DNA of 64,000 nucleotides from the human T2T-CHM13v2.0 reference genome, Homo sapiens. Location of the stretch: assembly GCF_009914755.1 (NCBI RefSeq), contig NC_060938.1; one strand, written 5' to 3'. This document shows positions 1 through 21,340 of the stretch, one piece after another. How positions within the stretch are numbered: the stretch's first letter is position 1; the number at the start of each line of letters is the position of its first letter. Under the pieces are notes generated by a model. That model saw nothing but the letters and a program-made list of their open reading frames with translations. It was not told where the DNA came from and made no database searches. Position numbers and translations under genes: made by a program.

Positions 1-383
1 TTTTTTTTTTTTTTTTGGTATTTTTAGTAGTGACGGGATTTCACTATGTTGGCCAGGCTGGTCTCAAACTACTGACCTCGTGATCCACCCACCTTGGCCT
101 CCCAAAGTGCTAGGATTACAGATGTGAGCCACTGTGCCCAGCCAGCCTATTTTCTTATATTTTCTTGTTCACAATTTCTGTGCAGTGGTCTTTGGAGAGT
201 TCTAGTTATCTTCCTTGTAGGAAACACTGTTTTTTAAGGAATAAGTCATAAATGTGATAACATGTGTCTTAAATCTGTATCTTACGAGAATGTACAATAA
301 CCACAAAAATTATTTCAAACTTAGACCAACAAAATATGTTTTATTTTAAGGCAAGAAACTGATATTATTTGAAAGTGTGGGAG

Positions 384-709
<326 letters not shown>

Positions 710-809
710 TCAAGAGTACACTTATTTTCAGCCAGTTTTATTATGGTTTTAAAATTATGTACAGACCATGCAGCCTCTCTTGTCTGTGCTTAGGGCAAAC
801 TGCTTTTGC

Positions 810-2245
810 TGTATGCCACTTGGCACTTGATACGTCACTGAGTACAGTTTTCTTTAGACAGAGCTAGTTGTCTCCCTACTTGTGGACATCTCTCTTCAGT
901 CTCCTTTGCAAAGTCTTCCTCATTCTCTTAATATTAGAATTGTTCAGGTTTTGATTATAATCCTTCTCCTCTCTGACTGTATTCTTTTTCAGTAGATAAT
1001 CTTACAATGTCTTTCTGGGGCTTTCAATGCAGTCTGAGTCAGGCATGGTATTGTGGGCCTGTAGTCCCACCTACTTGGGAGGTTGCAGCAGGAGGGTCAC
1101 TTGAGTCCAGGAGTTTGAGGCTGCAATGAGCTATGATCATGCAGACTATGATCACTCTAGTCTGGTCAACAGAGCCAGACCCTGTCACAAAAAAAAAAAA
1201 ACATCTATATGCCAGTGATTCTCACAGATTACGATATAATTCTCTCTGACCTAGGTTTCTTATCCCCTATACATGCATATTTAGTTGCCTTTTTGAGGTC
1301 TGCCCATTAGATTTTGCACAGATACCTCAAACCAAAGAGGAACTCTAAATCTTCTGCACATCATCTCTTTCACACTCTTGTCCTCCATCTCATCAAATGA
1401 CACCACCATCTTCTAAAAATTAGAAGCAAGAAACTCAGGTGGCATACTTGGCATCCCTGTTCCTCCCCAACCCATCTGATTAATTATCTAGCCATGTTTA
1501 TTTCTCCATCCATTAACAGATGGACAAAATGGTATGTATGTACAGAATATTATTCAGCCATGAAGAGGAATGGAATGTTGTTATATGTTACAACAGGTGG
1601 GTCTTAAAAACATTATGCTTAGTGAAATAAACCAGGCATGGATGGCAAATACTGTATGATTCAACTGGTATGAGGTACCTGAAATAGGCAAATTCATAGA
1701 GACAGAAAGTAGAATTGAGGTTAGCAGGTGCTGAGGGGAAGTGAAAGTTCTTGCATAATGGGTATAGAGTTTTTTGCGGGAATGAAGAAAATATTTTGGG
1801 TATAGATAGTGGTGATGGTTACACATTCTGAATGTATTAAATGGCACTGAACTGTACACTTACATATGGTTAAAATGAGAAGTATTATGGTAATGTATAT
1901 TTTACCACAATTTTTTTTTTTTTTACGAAAACCGTGGAAATATAGAGGTTGGATTTGGCCAACTGGCTGTACTAGTTGATTCCTGATATAGGTCATAAAG
2001 TCTTGTCAGCGTCTACTTTAGGCTTCTTTCATATATTTTTTTGGTTTCTGATTCTGAATTATTTTAGTGACCATCCTGAGGGTTCTTGATATTCTTCAGT
2101 GTTGGTAGTGTATGCCACTTGCACTTGATATGTCGCTAAGTTCTCTTTAGACAGAGCTAGTTGTCTCCCTACCTGTGGATATACCTCTTCAGTCTCCTTT
2201 GCAAAGTATTCCTCAGTCTTTCAATATTAGAATTGCTCAGATTTG
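810..2245 (+). repeat. Dispersed direct duplication, copies 810-953 and 2109-2245
   Basis: 29-bp identical core tctttagacagagctagttgtctccctac (851-879 / 2144-2172); roughly 85-90% identity overall by eye. Confidence 0.9.
1506..1920 (+). mobile_element. Old L1M (L1MB/L1MC-like) 3' end
   Basis: cattatgcttagtgaaataaaccag...ggcaaattcatagagacagaaagtaga...tatattttaccacaat typical of L1M 3'UTR. Confidence 0.7.
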
Positions 2246-2477
2246 GGTTCTGAGCCCCACTCAAGAAGTATTTCCTCATTTGACTTACCTCACTAGACTG
2301 TAAGTTCCTTGAGAGCAGATACTTTGTTTCTAGCTTTTATTCCCAGTGCCCAGAACAATGCCAGGCACATAGGAGGCCCTCAATATGTGTAGAACTAATG
2401 ATAATAATCATTTAGCCTGTGATTCCTTTATGCCATGAGTTCAGTCTTCTGTCTCAGCACACTTGAGACATGCCCTC

Positions 2478-2841
2478 TGGGGTAGACTGCATGTTTGTGT
2501 CTCTCCCAGATTCATGTGTTGAAATCTTAACCCCCAATGTGATGGTATTAGAGGGTAGGTCCTTTGGAAGGTAATTTAGGTCTGAGGGTAGAACCCTAAT
2601 GCATGGGATTAGTGCCCTATAAAAGAGACTCCAGAGTGCTAGCCCTCTGGTTCTCTCTATGCTATGTGAGAAGACAGTGTGAAGATGGCTATCTGCAAAC
2701 CAGGGAGTAGGTCCTCACCAAGAACACCACCATGCTGGCACCTTGATCTTGGACTTCTAGCTTCCGAACTGTGGGAAATAAATGTTGCCTTAAGCCACCT
2801 AATCTATATTTTTGTTGTAGCAGCCCAAATGGATTAAGACA
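2478..2841 (+). mobile_element. MLT1A-like MaLR LTR
   Basis: gttgaaatcttaacccccaatgtgatggtattag...aataaatgttgccttaagccacc...gcagcccaaatggattaagaca pattern. Confidence 0.75.
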
Positions 2842-2991
2842 CTTTCATCAGTAGCTTATTCAGAGTAGCACTGATTCTCAACATTGCTATCATTCTGTAT
2901 CAGAAATATAAAACATGGCCCACACCTGTAATCCCAGCACTTTGGTAGGCCAAGGCGGATTGCTTCAGCCCAGGAGTTCGAAACCAGCCTA

Positions 2992-3174
<183 letters not shown>

Positions 3175-3571
3175 TCAAAAAAAAAAGAAAAGAAAGAAAT
3201 ATAAAACATGAGGACAAATAGCTCCCTTGGCCACCAAAGTATTTCTGTACCCCGTGAAAGTTTTGATGTAGAAGTAGATGTGCCAGGCTAGAGGGATGGG
3301 CACGTGCAGGGGGTGTCAGTAGGAGCAGGCAGCCCTGGGAACAGGAATGAAATTAAAGAATTTGAGTCCTGGGTTTGTGTCTTAGGGTCAGTAACCATAT
3401 TTCCTGTCTCTTTTTCGGAATACATCCAGCTATTTTTTTCCTAGGCCCCACCTAGGAATAGATAGTCTTCATCTGTGAATGGATAACCTTGGGTATATTA
3501 TCACTAGTGTTCTTTCTGAACAAGAGGCAGCAGAGCTTAACAGTTAAGCATATAAATCTTAGGGGTAGACT

Positions 3572-3710
3572 TCATGAGTTTTTTGTATTTTTAGTAGAGA
3601 CGGGGTTTCACCGTGGTCTCGATCATCCTGACCTCGTGATCCGCCCGCCTCGGCTTCCCAAAGTGCTGGGATTACAGGCGTGAGCCACCACGCCCGGCCC
3701 TCATGAGTTT
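3572..3710 (-). mobile_element. AluY left monomer with a 12-bp deletion (Yd/Yc-type) and 10-bp TSD, inserted in a MIR
   Basis: TSD TCATGAGTTT at 3572 and 3701; - strand reads GAGACC|ACGGTGAAACC. Confidence 0.8.
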
Positions 3711-4280
3711 ACATCAGCCACTTCCTAGCCAGTTAACCCTGAGCAGGTTACTTAACCTCTCTGTGCCTGCGCATTCTCCTCAGTAAAATGAAAAAAATCT
3801 GTGATTCCTTGTAATGATGTATAATTATATTTCCTAGAATGAAGAGTGGTGGAATTAGAGTCATGTAAAGTTTACAATTGTATTCAGTGCTTTTCATTGC
3901 TGAGAGTGATTGAACTTGATAATGACCACTTGAATCAAATGGAACCTACGTTCTATCTTGATCTTCCTCTCATACTCCAGCTTTGCTCTGAGGTCAGAAA
4001 GCTGTGTGCTAAGCAGTTATATGTAGTTTTTGGTGGTTGTAGATTTCGTTTTGGTTTGGTTGTTGGTCTTGATTTTTAACACTGGTGGAAAGGTAATTCA
4101 AGGTAAAAGTTGAAGCCAGTTTCACTTCTGAAATATTTTATTTTACTACTTTTGGTGAGACAGACAATTTGAGAAGCAAAAACTTGCAGTTAGCCTTGAA
4201 AATTTCGGAGTACCTATTTCTAATTTAGGCATCAAAGGTAGAAGAAGACTTGTTTTTGGCCTCTGGGCACTTCTGCTCTA

Positions 4281-4598
<318 letters not shown>

Positions 4599-5124
4599 TC
4601 AAACTGGAATGATTGAGTCTGTCAGGGAATAATCTAGGAGCTCAAAGAAAAGGTAGGAATCAAGACTGAACTGATAAAATGAACATGCCCTCAAATTCTC
4701 TAGAATTTGAGCTAGACTTTGGAGGGGAGGCTGGGTTGAGAAGAGAGGTGGTAAGAGAGAGCAAAACTCACACTTACTGAAACCTCCTGCCATGCACTTG
4801 TGAATTTAACCCATGAGAAAAGCTGGTTAGAATATAGAAGGCATGTGCAAAGGAGAAATAGAAGGTAAGACCAGGTATGTTGTTAAAGTGGGACCAGACA
4901 GCATTGGACCCAGAATGCCAGATTGAAATAATTTACAGCAGCACTGAAGGGATTATACCATGGGTGAGAATATATCAGCTATATTTTCTGTGCCAGTTTA
5001 TCCTTTGCAGTATCACTAGAGAAAATAATTGTGAAAATCAATTAAGAAACTACTACAGTCATTTAGGTTTGAGATAATAGGAAATAAGTTGATGGCAGTG
5101 GATCAAAGAGGGAAGACTGGTGTT

Positions 5125-6522
<1,398 letters not shown>

Positions 6523-6899
6523 GAACATATATTTGTTGAGGGCCAGCTATGTGCAGATTTTGAACAAGGCTCTGTAAATGCACGGGATCAAAACTGACCA
6601 ACCTCCATGTCCATATGCAGCTTACAGTCTAGTGGGAGGATGACAAAAATCACACAGCTATAATTACAAATTTTAGTCAATGGAAATTGCATGAATAAAC
6701 ACCTTGAGGTTAGGGTAGATGGGCCATGATACAACTGGGGAGCTAAAGGGCCAAAATAGAGGAGTGAAGAGGGAGGAGTCTGGAGAGGTAGCAAGAGACT
6801 AGCTAAGAGGTGAAGGCTATGAAATCAGATTTGAATCAGCACCACTGAATTGGTAGTTGCCAGGAAATGTGTGTGGTGTGAGTGAAAAGCCGAAATCTA

Positions 6900-7208
6900 G
6901 GCTGGGTGTGGTGGCTCATGCCTGTAATACGAGGACTTTAGGAGGCCAAGGCAGGAGGATCGCTTGAGTGCATGTGTTCCAGACCAGCCTGGGTAACATT
7001 GTGAGACCCTGTCTCTACAATAAATAAAAATAATTAGCTGGGTGTGGTGGCACCTGCCTGTAGTCCCAGCTACTCAGGAGGCTGAGGTGGGGGGATTGCT
7101 TGAGCCCAGGAGTTTGAGGCTGAATGAGCCGTGATTGTGATTGGGCCACTGCACCACTGCACTCCAGCCTGGGTGACAGAGTGAGACCGTTCTCCAAAAA
7201 AAAAAAAG
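6900..7208 (+). mobile_element. AluJ just upstream of YY1 exon 2
   Basis: ggctgggtgtggtggctcatgcctg...A-tail. Confidence 0.85.
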
Positions 7209-7326
7209 GGAGAGGGGAGAACAAATTGAGCTGGTGGCTATAAATCACCCCATTTAAGAAGTTACTGGTGAAAGCAGTTTTTGTAGTTTTTAAAATCTAT
7301 TTACTCAGCTAAAGATAATCTCATGA

Positions 7327-7500
<174 letters not shown>

Positions 7501-7643
7501 TAAGTTATAAGAACTTTCCTTTCTTTTAATTATAGAAAGTGCTTGAGTCTTGCCAGCTATGTTTTCCTGTGCCTAAGTCAAAATGGTGGTTTGTATTCTT
7601 TCTCTAGGGAAATTCCTGAAAACAAAAGCAGTCAGTTTTATTT

Positions 7644-8242
<599 letters not shown>

Positions 8243-8913
8243 TGTAGTACACATTTTAAATTTGGGTGTGTTGTATTGGTCTATGCTGCTGGAGACCTGG
8301 GTCTGTACTTGACTCATCCAGCTGACCACTGGAAAGGATTTCATAAATTCGTGTTTGTCTTGTCATCAGTTAAGCTCCTGGTATGTTAATTTAAGCTGGC
8401 ATGACAGGAGGAGATCAAGTATTTATGGCTTGGACATGGCGAGCAGTGGAGAAACTCTGAACCCATTGGTTGGGTGTGTTTGTTTTGCCTAAAGTGGGCT
8501 GGGTTCTTATAGAAGCCTACTTTTTGTGTTACTTTCTAGTACTGTTTGGCAGTTTGTACAAGGAGCTGAAAATACCACAAAGATGTAAACTTTTAAGTTA
8601 AATGAACTAATAAACTCTGGAGCAGAAAGCCTAATGCCTTTCCATACCTGAGGTTGGTTGGAACCTGGAATAGCTCAGGAAATTTCGGCAAGGGCAGGAT
8701 CAAGAAGAAAGAAATCCTTTTGATCTTGCACATTCTAAGAACAGAGTGGGTTGCTTTTTTTTTTTCTTTTGAGAGCAGAGTGGTAGAGGTGGAGACCGTT
8801 CAGTGTCCTGGCTTCCTTCTTGGCCCTGCCGAAAACAAGGTGGGCAGTTCCTGCCACCTGGAGCTCGTTTCCCCACCTGTCAAATGGGCATTAAGAATTC
8901 CATTGTGGTTTGA

Positions 8914-10978
<2,065 letters not shown>

Positions 10979-11014
10979 TTTGAAACTTTAAATTACAATT
11001 GTGATTCTCCCGTG

Positions 11015-11288
11015 TCCACATGGCTGGGGAGGCCTCAGAATCATGGCAGGAGGCAAAAGGCATTTCTTACTTGGTGGCGGCAAGAGAAAAATGAGGTAGA
11101 AGCAAAAGTGGAAACCCCTGATAAACCCATCTCAGATCTCGTGAGACTTACTATCATGAGAATAACATGGGAAAGATTGGTCCCCATGATTCAGTTACCT
11201 CCCCCCGGGTCCCACCTACAACATGTGGGAATCCTGGGAGATAGAATTCAAGTTGAGATTTGGGTGAGGACGCAGCGAAACCATGTCA
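11015..11288 (-). mobile_element. THE1 (THE1A-like) MaLR LTR fragment
   Basis: - strand TGACATGGTTTCGCTGCGTCCTCACCCAAATCTCAACTTGAATT...GAGGCCTCCCCAGCCATGTGGA resembles THE1 LTR. Confidence 0.8.
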
Positions 11289-12514
11289 GAGGGTAAGAGG
11301 TCCCAGTGGCAGAGTAAAAGCATCATTCAGACAAATAGAAGGAGACTCAGGAGGTACGAGAGAGAGGAATAAAACCTCTTTGGATTATACATTGTGAAGG
11401 AGTTGCAGTGGAGGGGCGGAGGGCTGAAGGAAAGGTTTTGAAGAGAGAGGGAATCTATGGGTGGTGAGCAGTAAAGCCATTAGGTGTTGGTGACCCTTGG
11501 CACTGCTCACCCTCCTTGGAGCATTGGAGCAGCTGATCTAAAAGTTTGTCCCCAGTCTTCTGAGCAGAAAATCCAGGGACACATGTTACTGTTGGGAAGG
11601 TAACATGGCTACCTTAGACCATACTCCTTAAGAAAGGGACCACCCACAGAGACTGGCACCCGGGTACCAGATAGCCATCCAAAACACCAGGGCTGAAGAA
11701 CCCAAAAGTTTCAGTAAGATAGGCCATCAAGTGGAAAGAATGATAGACCTGAATGAGACTTTTCTTCAGTAGCAGGGGATAATTAGAGACAATAAAACAA
11801 TGCTTTGAGAGGAGAAATTACTGTAAACATAGAGTTATTGATCCAGCAAAGCTATCAAGTCAGATACAAGGTCAAGAGATGACAATTTTAGAGACCCAAG
11901 GATTCATGTTGCATGCACCCTTTCTGAGGAGGTAATTTGAAGATATAATACAGCGAAATGAGGATGAACATCAGAAGGAAGATTTCCTAGTGCACGACAA
12001 CCAAGAGGACAGCTGTGTAGCAGGCTGGAAAATGTATTCCATTTAGAATAGAAAGTTGGCTGGCTGTAAGAATTTCTTAAGGAAAAGTCAGTTTCATTCA
12101 GTAGTGGGTAGAGTGAGTAAGAAGCTTGGTGGTATGGAAAAGGGTCTTCTGAAAAAGAAAAAGAAAAGGCAATCGGAAACTCCATGAAAAGGGGTGAGGG
12201 AGTAGGGCAAAGAAAGCTGTAGCCTGAAAAATGGGGCCTAATTTTGACAGTATTGAAAGAGAGAGCTTCTTTGACCTGACTCTGGGAAGATTTTCTCCTT
12301 GCAGCTCCTATGTTGTATACTTGTAGAGCATTAAGTGTGATCCTAGCACACTGTTGAGCCCCACAGTAAATAATATTTGCATAATCACAATATGAATGTA
12401 AATAGCATTTCTTTTATTAGCCTGTTAAAAGATTTCATTTGTGTATAGAAAAGAATGAAATCTTGCTCGCCTTGACAGTGTAAAAAGTAAAGTTACAGAG
12501 TTTGGGCCCTGTGA

Positions 12515-12852
<338 letters not shown>

Positions 12853-15010
12853 CTAACATAGTAGCTCTTGAAGCTCATGTTCATCTGAACAAATATCTGT
12901 AATTGGACAGTGGTGTTGGTGAGAACTGTTTGCACCTAGGTGCCCTGTTTTGTTAGATCTTCACGTTTTGAGGATGTGTGTAACAGTTGAGTGGGATTTT
13001 CTGGAGGCTCAGGAATTGATGCCCGGGACTCTGAGAGCAGAAGATACAGAGGCACCAAGAGTTTTAAACTCTTGGGGGCCAGACCACATCTTCGCTAATT
13101 ACGGCCCATAGAACTTGTCCTGCTGGCCTCCAGTCTTCGCCCCCAGCACTCACAGTGGCATTAGAGCCGCAGCTGTTGGCTTAAGGTAGAATGTAAGCTG
13201 CTTTTCTGTCTCCTCTGTGCACTGGGGTGATGGGGTGCTGGACTGGACTTGAAACTGTCCAAAGAGTATTTCAGGCTCATGCTGCACTCAGCCTAGACTG
13301 CCTAGTAAATCAGTTACATACGCACATGGGCAAAATATAAGCCATAATGACTTTAATTGGGAAGTCTGACATTGGGAAGGTGGACAGTCTATGGATGACT
13401 TTTTTTCCCGAAATGTCTGTTCAGTAAACATTTTGAAAAGTGGTCAGTGAGTGGTCCAGTGAGTTCTGTTTCCTGTAAAGTGACCACCTTTGTATGTGTT
13501 TCACTAAATAAAGTTAGACCTTTGAAAACCTTTGGTCTAGAAAGATTAGAATGGTTAGGCCAATCCCAAATGGGTATTTTTGTTGCTGTTCACTACTTAC
13601 CCTGAGACTTTCACAATATTAATGTATAGATGAAATGTGATAATGGAGATGAAAATACCTCACAACTCTTCAGTATCATCACATGAATATTAATATTTAA
13701 GAGATAATTCATTGAACAAACTTTATTTGTCTAAGGCAATATTATCTTTTCACAAAGAAGGGAGGTGAATCATGCTTGCAAATGACAGCCGTATTACGCA
13801 GGAACTTCTGTCCCAATAGCACAGATCAGAGGATGGTTCTGGTCTGGAAGTCAGCTAACCTTGTTTTGTATGGAAGAGGCTTATTTTCATTAAAGAGTCA
13901 CTTGTCCAAAAATGTTTCATCTCCCTTTCTGGGATATTTGCAGATCTGTTGGTTAGAACTTCGGTTTACACAATGCTCTGCTGATACTGTGCCAGAAGTT
14001 TGGGTTCTGAAGTCCACAATCTTTACAACGTTCTTCCCACATATGCCAGAATGAGCTATTATAAATCGGGCAGTCATGTCATTGGGAGTGTATTCTCCCT
14101 CTCTATTTGACAGGAAACTTGAGTTGTTGGGTGTCTGACTCCTCCATATAACATGTACTGCGTTGAGGGGTGTGTTCCTCCTAGTGCCATGCTTTCTCCA
14201 GTTTCTCAGTCCTTTATCGAAGGGTGGTTAAGAATGAACTCATTTTTAGCTAGACCCATTTCACACATAGCCAATGGTAATAAGAGCTATCATTTCCCAG
14301 GTGCTTAACATACAGCTCTTAAGTAGGTAGCATTATACCTTTTTACAGAATAAGAAACCGAGGCCGAGAAGTTACAGTTTGCTCAAGGTCATGCAGCTAG
14401 TAGAAGTCACCTCCAAGTCACACATCCCATACTGCCTCATTCATAATGTCTATGCTGTTGTCATCATTGTCTCCAGGTTCAAAAGGACTCTCTGGGTTCA
14501 AAAGTGTCCGTTGGTGAATGGAAGACTTAAATCTTAGTTACTTCTGAATAGTTGAGGAGGGTGAGAAGATGTTCTCAGTGGTAGTATATGATTTTTACTG
14601 TTTACTCGCAAAATGAAACACTGTTTTAACCTAAGTATATTTTTGAAAAATGACTTTTTTCATTGTTGGCATTCAAATAAAATCTTAAAAGTACCAACGT
14701 ATACTGCTGCATTTGCCACTCTGTGTGAAGGAGGATGATTTGCCAAGGAGCTTAAGAGTGGCTGCATTTAAATCTTCCACTTACTCCTTAAGTCCAAGGG
14801 TATTTGTCCAAATGCATTTTAAACTCTCATTCTAAAATTAAATATATTTCTAAATACTAGCACACATTTTGAAAATGACATTTTAAGAAAAAATAATACC
14901 ACTTATAATAACAAACCAAGAGTTGGGTAAATCGTACCTGAGACTGTTCTCTTTACTTTGGGGGCGTATTTGAAAATTTCCATGATAAAATATCTTTTAA
15001 AAAATTAAGT

Positions 15011-16310
<1,300 letters not shown>

Positions 16311-16527
16311 AATAATGTTTGAGTGGAATAGAGACCTTTCATATCAATCACTGTTATTTTCCAAACTGATGTAACCTCAAGGTGGCGCAGTGGCACCAAA
16401 CTTTTGTTCTACCTGATTTTGTGAACTCAGGCCAGAACTCCAGGATTTATTTGTATTTAAGATAAGAAAGGCTAGTTCAGAGTCCTGTTTACAACAGGCA
16501 CTTAAAAAAACTTGCTAACTGGTATTA

Positions 16528-17015
16528 CAGGTTGAGCATCCTTTATTCAAAATGCTTAGGAACAGTAGCACTTTGGATTTTGGGGTTTTGCATATGCATA
16601 ATGAGTTATCTTAAGGCTAGGACTCGGGTTTAAATACGAAATTTGAAATTCATTTGTGTTTCATTACACCTTATACACATAGCCTGAAGGCAATTCTGTA
16701 CTTTTTTTTTTTTGAAACAAGGTCTCGTTCTGTCACCGAAGTTGGATCGCAGCCTCAAATTCCTGGGCTGAAAGGATTCTACCTCCTCAGCCTCCCAAGT
16801 AGCTGGGACTGTAGGCATGTGCCACCACGCCTGGCTAACTTTTTATTTTTTTTAGAGACGGGGTGTTGCTTTCTTGCCCAGGCTGTTATACAGTATTTTA
16901 AATAATTTTGTACACGAAACAAAGTTTTCACTGTGACCCTATCACACGAGTGCATCATGTTAGCACTCAGATAGTTTCAGATTTTGGATTTTGGATGTTA
17001 GGGATGCTCAATCTA
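16528..17015. mobile_element. Tigger4/MER46-type DNA transposon (TIR CAGGTTGAGCATCC ... GGATGCTCAATCTA) with an internal Alu fragment
   Basis: Terminal inverted repeats flanked by TA; Alu-like sequence at ~16700-16885. Confidence 0.7.
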
Positions 17016-17090
17016 TAATCCATTTACGAGAAAGGACGAATATCTACAGGGTTGGGAAGGGGGAGGACACTGAATTGAAAATGTTCTCGT

Positions 17091-17454
<364 letters not shown>

Positions 17455-17689
17455 CTAGGGCTGGAAAGTTTAACCAATGATTTCATGTGTTCAGGTTACA
17501 GATCAGGTCATCCTTTTCCCAGATTATAAGTGAAGAAGGACATTGTTAGGGCCTTCACAAACTTAAAAGATCACAGAATTAATTTTTTTTTAAGGAGTAT
17601 TTTTTTTGTAACAAAAGAGTGGTGGTAAATTAGCTCTTGCTTTTAAGGATTCACTTAGGTGGGCTTTTTTTTTTTCGACTTTGACTTTT

Positions 17690-17968
17690 TAAAAAATTTC
17701 AATAGCTTTTGGTGTATAAGTGGTTTTTGGTTACATGGATGAATTCTATATTGATGAATTCTGAGGTCCGAGTGCACCCCTCGCCAGAGCAGTGTACACT
17801 GTATCCGGTATGTAGTCTTTTATCCCACACCATTCTTTCCCTACTAAGTCCCCAAAGTCCATTATATCACTTGTATCCTCATAGCTTAGTTCCCACTTAT
17901 AAGTGAGGACATACCGCGTTTGATTTTCCATTCCTGAGTTACTTCACTCAGAGTAGTGGCCCCCAGCT
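17690..17968 (-). mobile_element. L1PB-like 3' end fragment
   Basis: ttacatggatgaattcta...cccacttataagtgag...ttccattcctgagttacttcact. Confidence 0.65.
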
Positions 17969-17969
17969 A

Positions 17970-18782
<813 letters not shown>

Positions 18783-19653
18783 TAAATTTATTCTCTAGTT
18801 TTTTTAGGAACGCTTAATTTCTCACCCCCCTACCACACACAGATCTATAGGGAATATTTGGAGAGAAAGTTTTGACAAAAGTCCAAAGCTTGATTCAGTG
18901 GAGAAGCAGGTAGGTAAGTTAACAAACCAGGAGGCTCTCTGGACAGTAATTTCACCTGGGGCTCTGCCAGACGGTTACCACATTACCAGGACTCTTGGTA
19001 CAAATGAGAACTTCCAAGCCCCCATCCAGAAGTAGGGTAACAGTATGAGAGTATGTGGTGTTCCCATCTGTCCACCAGGCCCTAGGAGCTCTCTCCCCAA
19101 AGTAACTGGTGCTAATGGTTTGTCGTGTGTCCTTCCAGAGATATTTGATATTTAATATCTATAAATCTTGATTTAAAAGGACTCTTCTGTACCCTTTAAA
19201 ATGATATATTTTAAAGATCATTCGTGTCAGTACTAATTGGACCCATTTCGTGTATAGAGATGGATATTTTAGGACACTCCTGTGTTCACCGCTTCTTTTT
19301 CATAAGGCACCTTCATCATCGCAGCAGCTGCCTTTGGAAATCTTCCCTTGCCTCTCACAAGGAGATTCATCTGATTGTCTGAGTTGATTTTTTGTGTTTT
19401 TTTAAAGGGTTTGGAGTTAAGAACAGGTATGTGAATCACACAGATCATAGTGCCATTCTAAGCTGCACCAGCTTATTAGCTATGAGACTGTAGGCGGCAA
19501 CTCGATGTTTCTAGCCTGAGCATCCTTATCTGTAAGATGGGAAGAGTGCTTCACAGTCATTGGTACTTAGTGAATGCAAGTTGTCTCATCCTTTCTCCTT
19601 CATGGAAATGTATCATAATTTTAGTTTGGGTACCTATAAGGAAAGCATTTTAG

Positions 19654-19836
<183 letters not shown>

Positions 19837-21189
19837 TAGAGAGTTATAAGAAATTTGCACTTTTGTTTCTGCTTGTGATAATTTAAATGAAGCAAGGAAT
19901 TAGAATCTTCGGTTTCTAAATCCAAGAGATGAAGTTTTGTTATTTAGTAAAGGCAACTTTTTAAATACTGTTAAATGGGATGACTGCAGGGAGCCGTTGC
20001 TTGATTACTGTGTGTTGACTCTACTGTTAGCGTTTCATTTCTTTTTGGATTATATTAACAAGTCCGTCTTAAGATCCTGGGTTGTGTCTCACCTATTGAC
20101 CTTTATGGGAATGTAGGCTTGTAACTGAAATTTGAAAATTATTTTGGATGTTGCTAAAATAAGCCAAATAAAGACTTAATAATTGTGTGTGATTAGAGAG
20201 GCACTTAATTGTTTTCAAATGTAGTTAGTCTTTAAAATAAAAGGATAACCTGAAAAGTACTTTTGAGATATTTGTTGGGGGCTATTTTCAAACTTAATTG
20301 GATATGAGACTAACAGAAAAATCAAGTATCACATAGGTACAGAGAACAAAGTAGGAGAGATTGAGTGGAATAAAGAATGTTAAAAATGAACAATCGGAGC
20401 AGGCTACATTTAGTTTCACGGTCTCTTCCCTGTAATGACTGTGCACTAGCAAGTCCTTCCTGTTCTTTGTCAGCGTTCTTGATGTGGCGATTTGAAATGT
20501 AAACGTATCTCCATTAGGGCCGAAATAACAAGCATTTGAAAACAGTTAGGCTGGAAGTGCCTATGCCATCCCTTTAGCTTCTCTGAAGTTTTCTTTATAA
20601 TGGACACATAATACTTGTACATATTTATGGGGTACCGTGTGATGTTTCAATGCATGTATACATTGTGTACCAGTTAAATTTTTTAAATTTCCATTTTCTA
20701 AATGGAAATTCAACCTAGGGGTAAAGGCGGAAAAACTGGGGCTTCCCTCTCCCTTCTGCCTGTGAGCTGTCTAGTGACTTGTGCTGTCCTTCTGTCATGC
20801 TGTCTTATCATTTCCCCATTCACTCCATTACTGGGCAACAACTGCAGAAGAAATTGTTGAGGACATGCTTCTCGAGCGCCACACATCCATCTGCCTTTCC
20901 CGCCCTGCACTGGTATCAATTTGCCTGCTTCTTCCTTTTCCTAGTGTCTCACAAAATAAATTTCTTCTGTAGTTGCCATTCCTTGGAGACCCTCTTGCTT
21001 CTTTCTCTGTCAAGAAGGGGAAAGAGGCAAAGAGAGAAGAGGGAACAGTAGGCGATGGAGAATGACAGTCCATTGTTGCAGCACAGAATATGGGGCCACC
21101 AAAGGTAGTGGTGGACTACCGTCATTTTAACTCCATTTGCTTAGCAGTGCTTCTGTTACTTCATTTTGGGGGACATAGTCGGGTGAGGT

Positions 21190-21340
21190 GGCTGTGGTAG
21201 AGCTGGAAGCCAGGGTGTTGGGTTCTATTCCCAGTTTGGCTACTACTAGTAGTGTGACCTTGGGCAAGTCTACTTAAAGACATCTCTAAGCCTCAGTTTC
21301 CTCATCTGTAAAACTAGGGTTTGCATTGAATGATGACTTT
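21190..21340 (+). mobile_element. MIR fragment (others at ~14280-14440 and ~19440-19590; L2 fragments at ~2290-2405 and ~6530-6700)
   Basis: gtgtgaccttgggcaagt...ctctaagcctcagtttcctcatctgtaaa MIR core. Confidence 0.65.

Noticed and set aside
11560-12000. Possible very old L1ME/HAL1 fragment
   Set aside because: Too diverged to call by eye.
20781-20972. Protein-looking peptide (TTAEEIVEDMLLERH) in YY1 intron 3
   Set aside because: No convincing flanking splice sites or recognisable homology; a conserved cryptic exon cannot be excluded without alignments.
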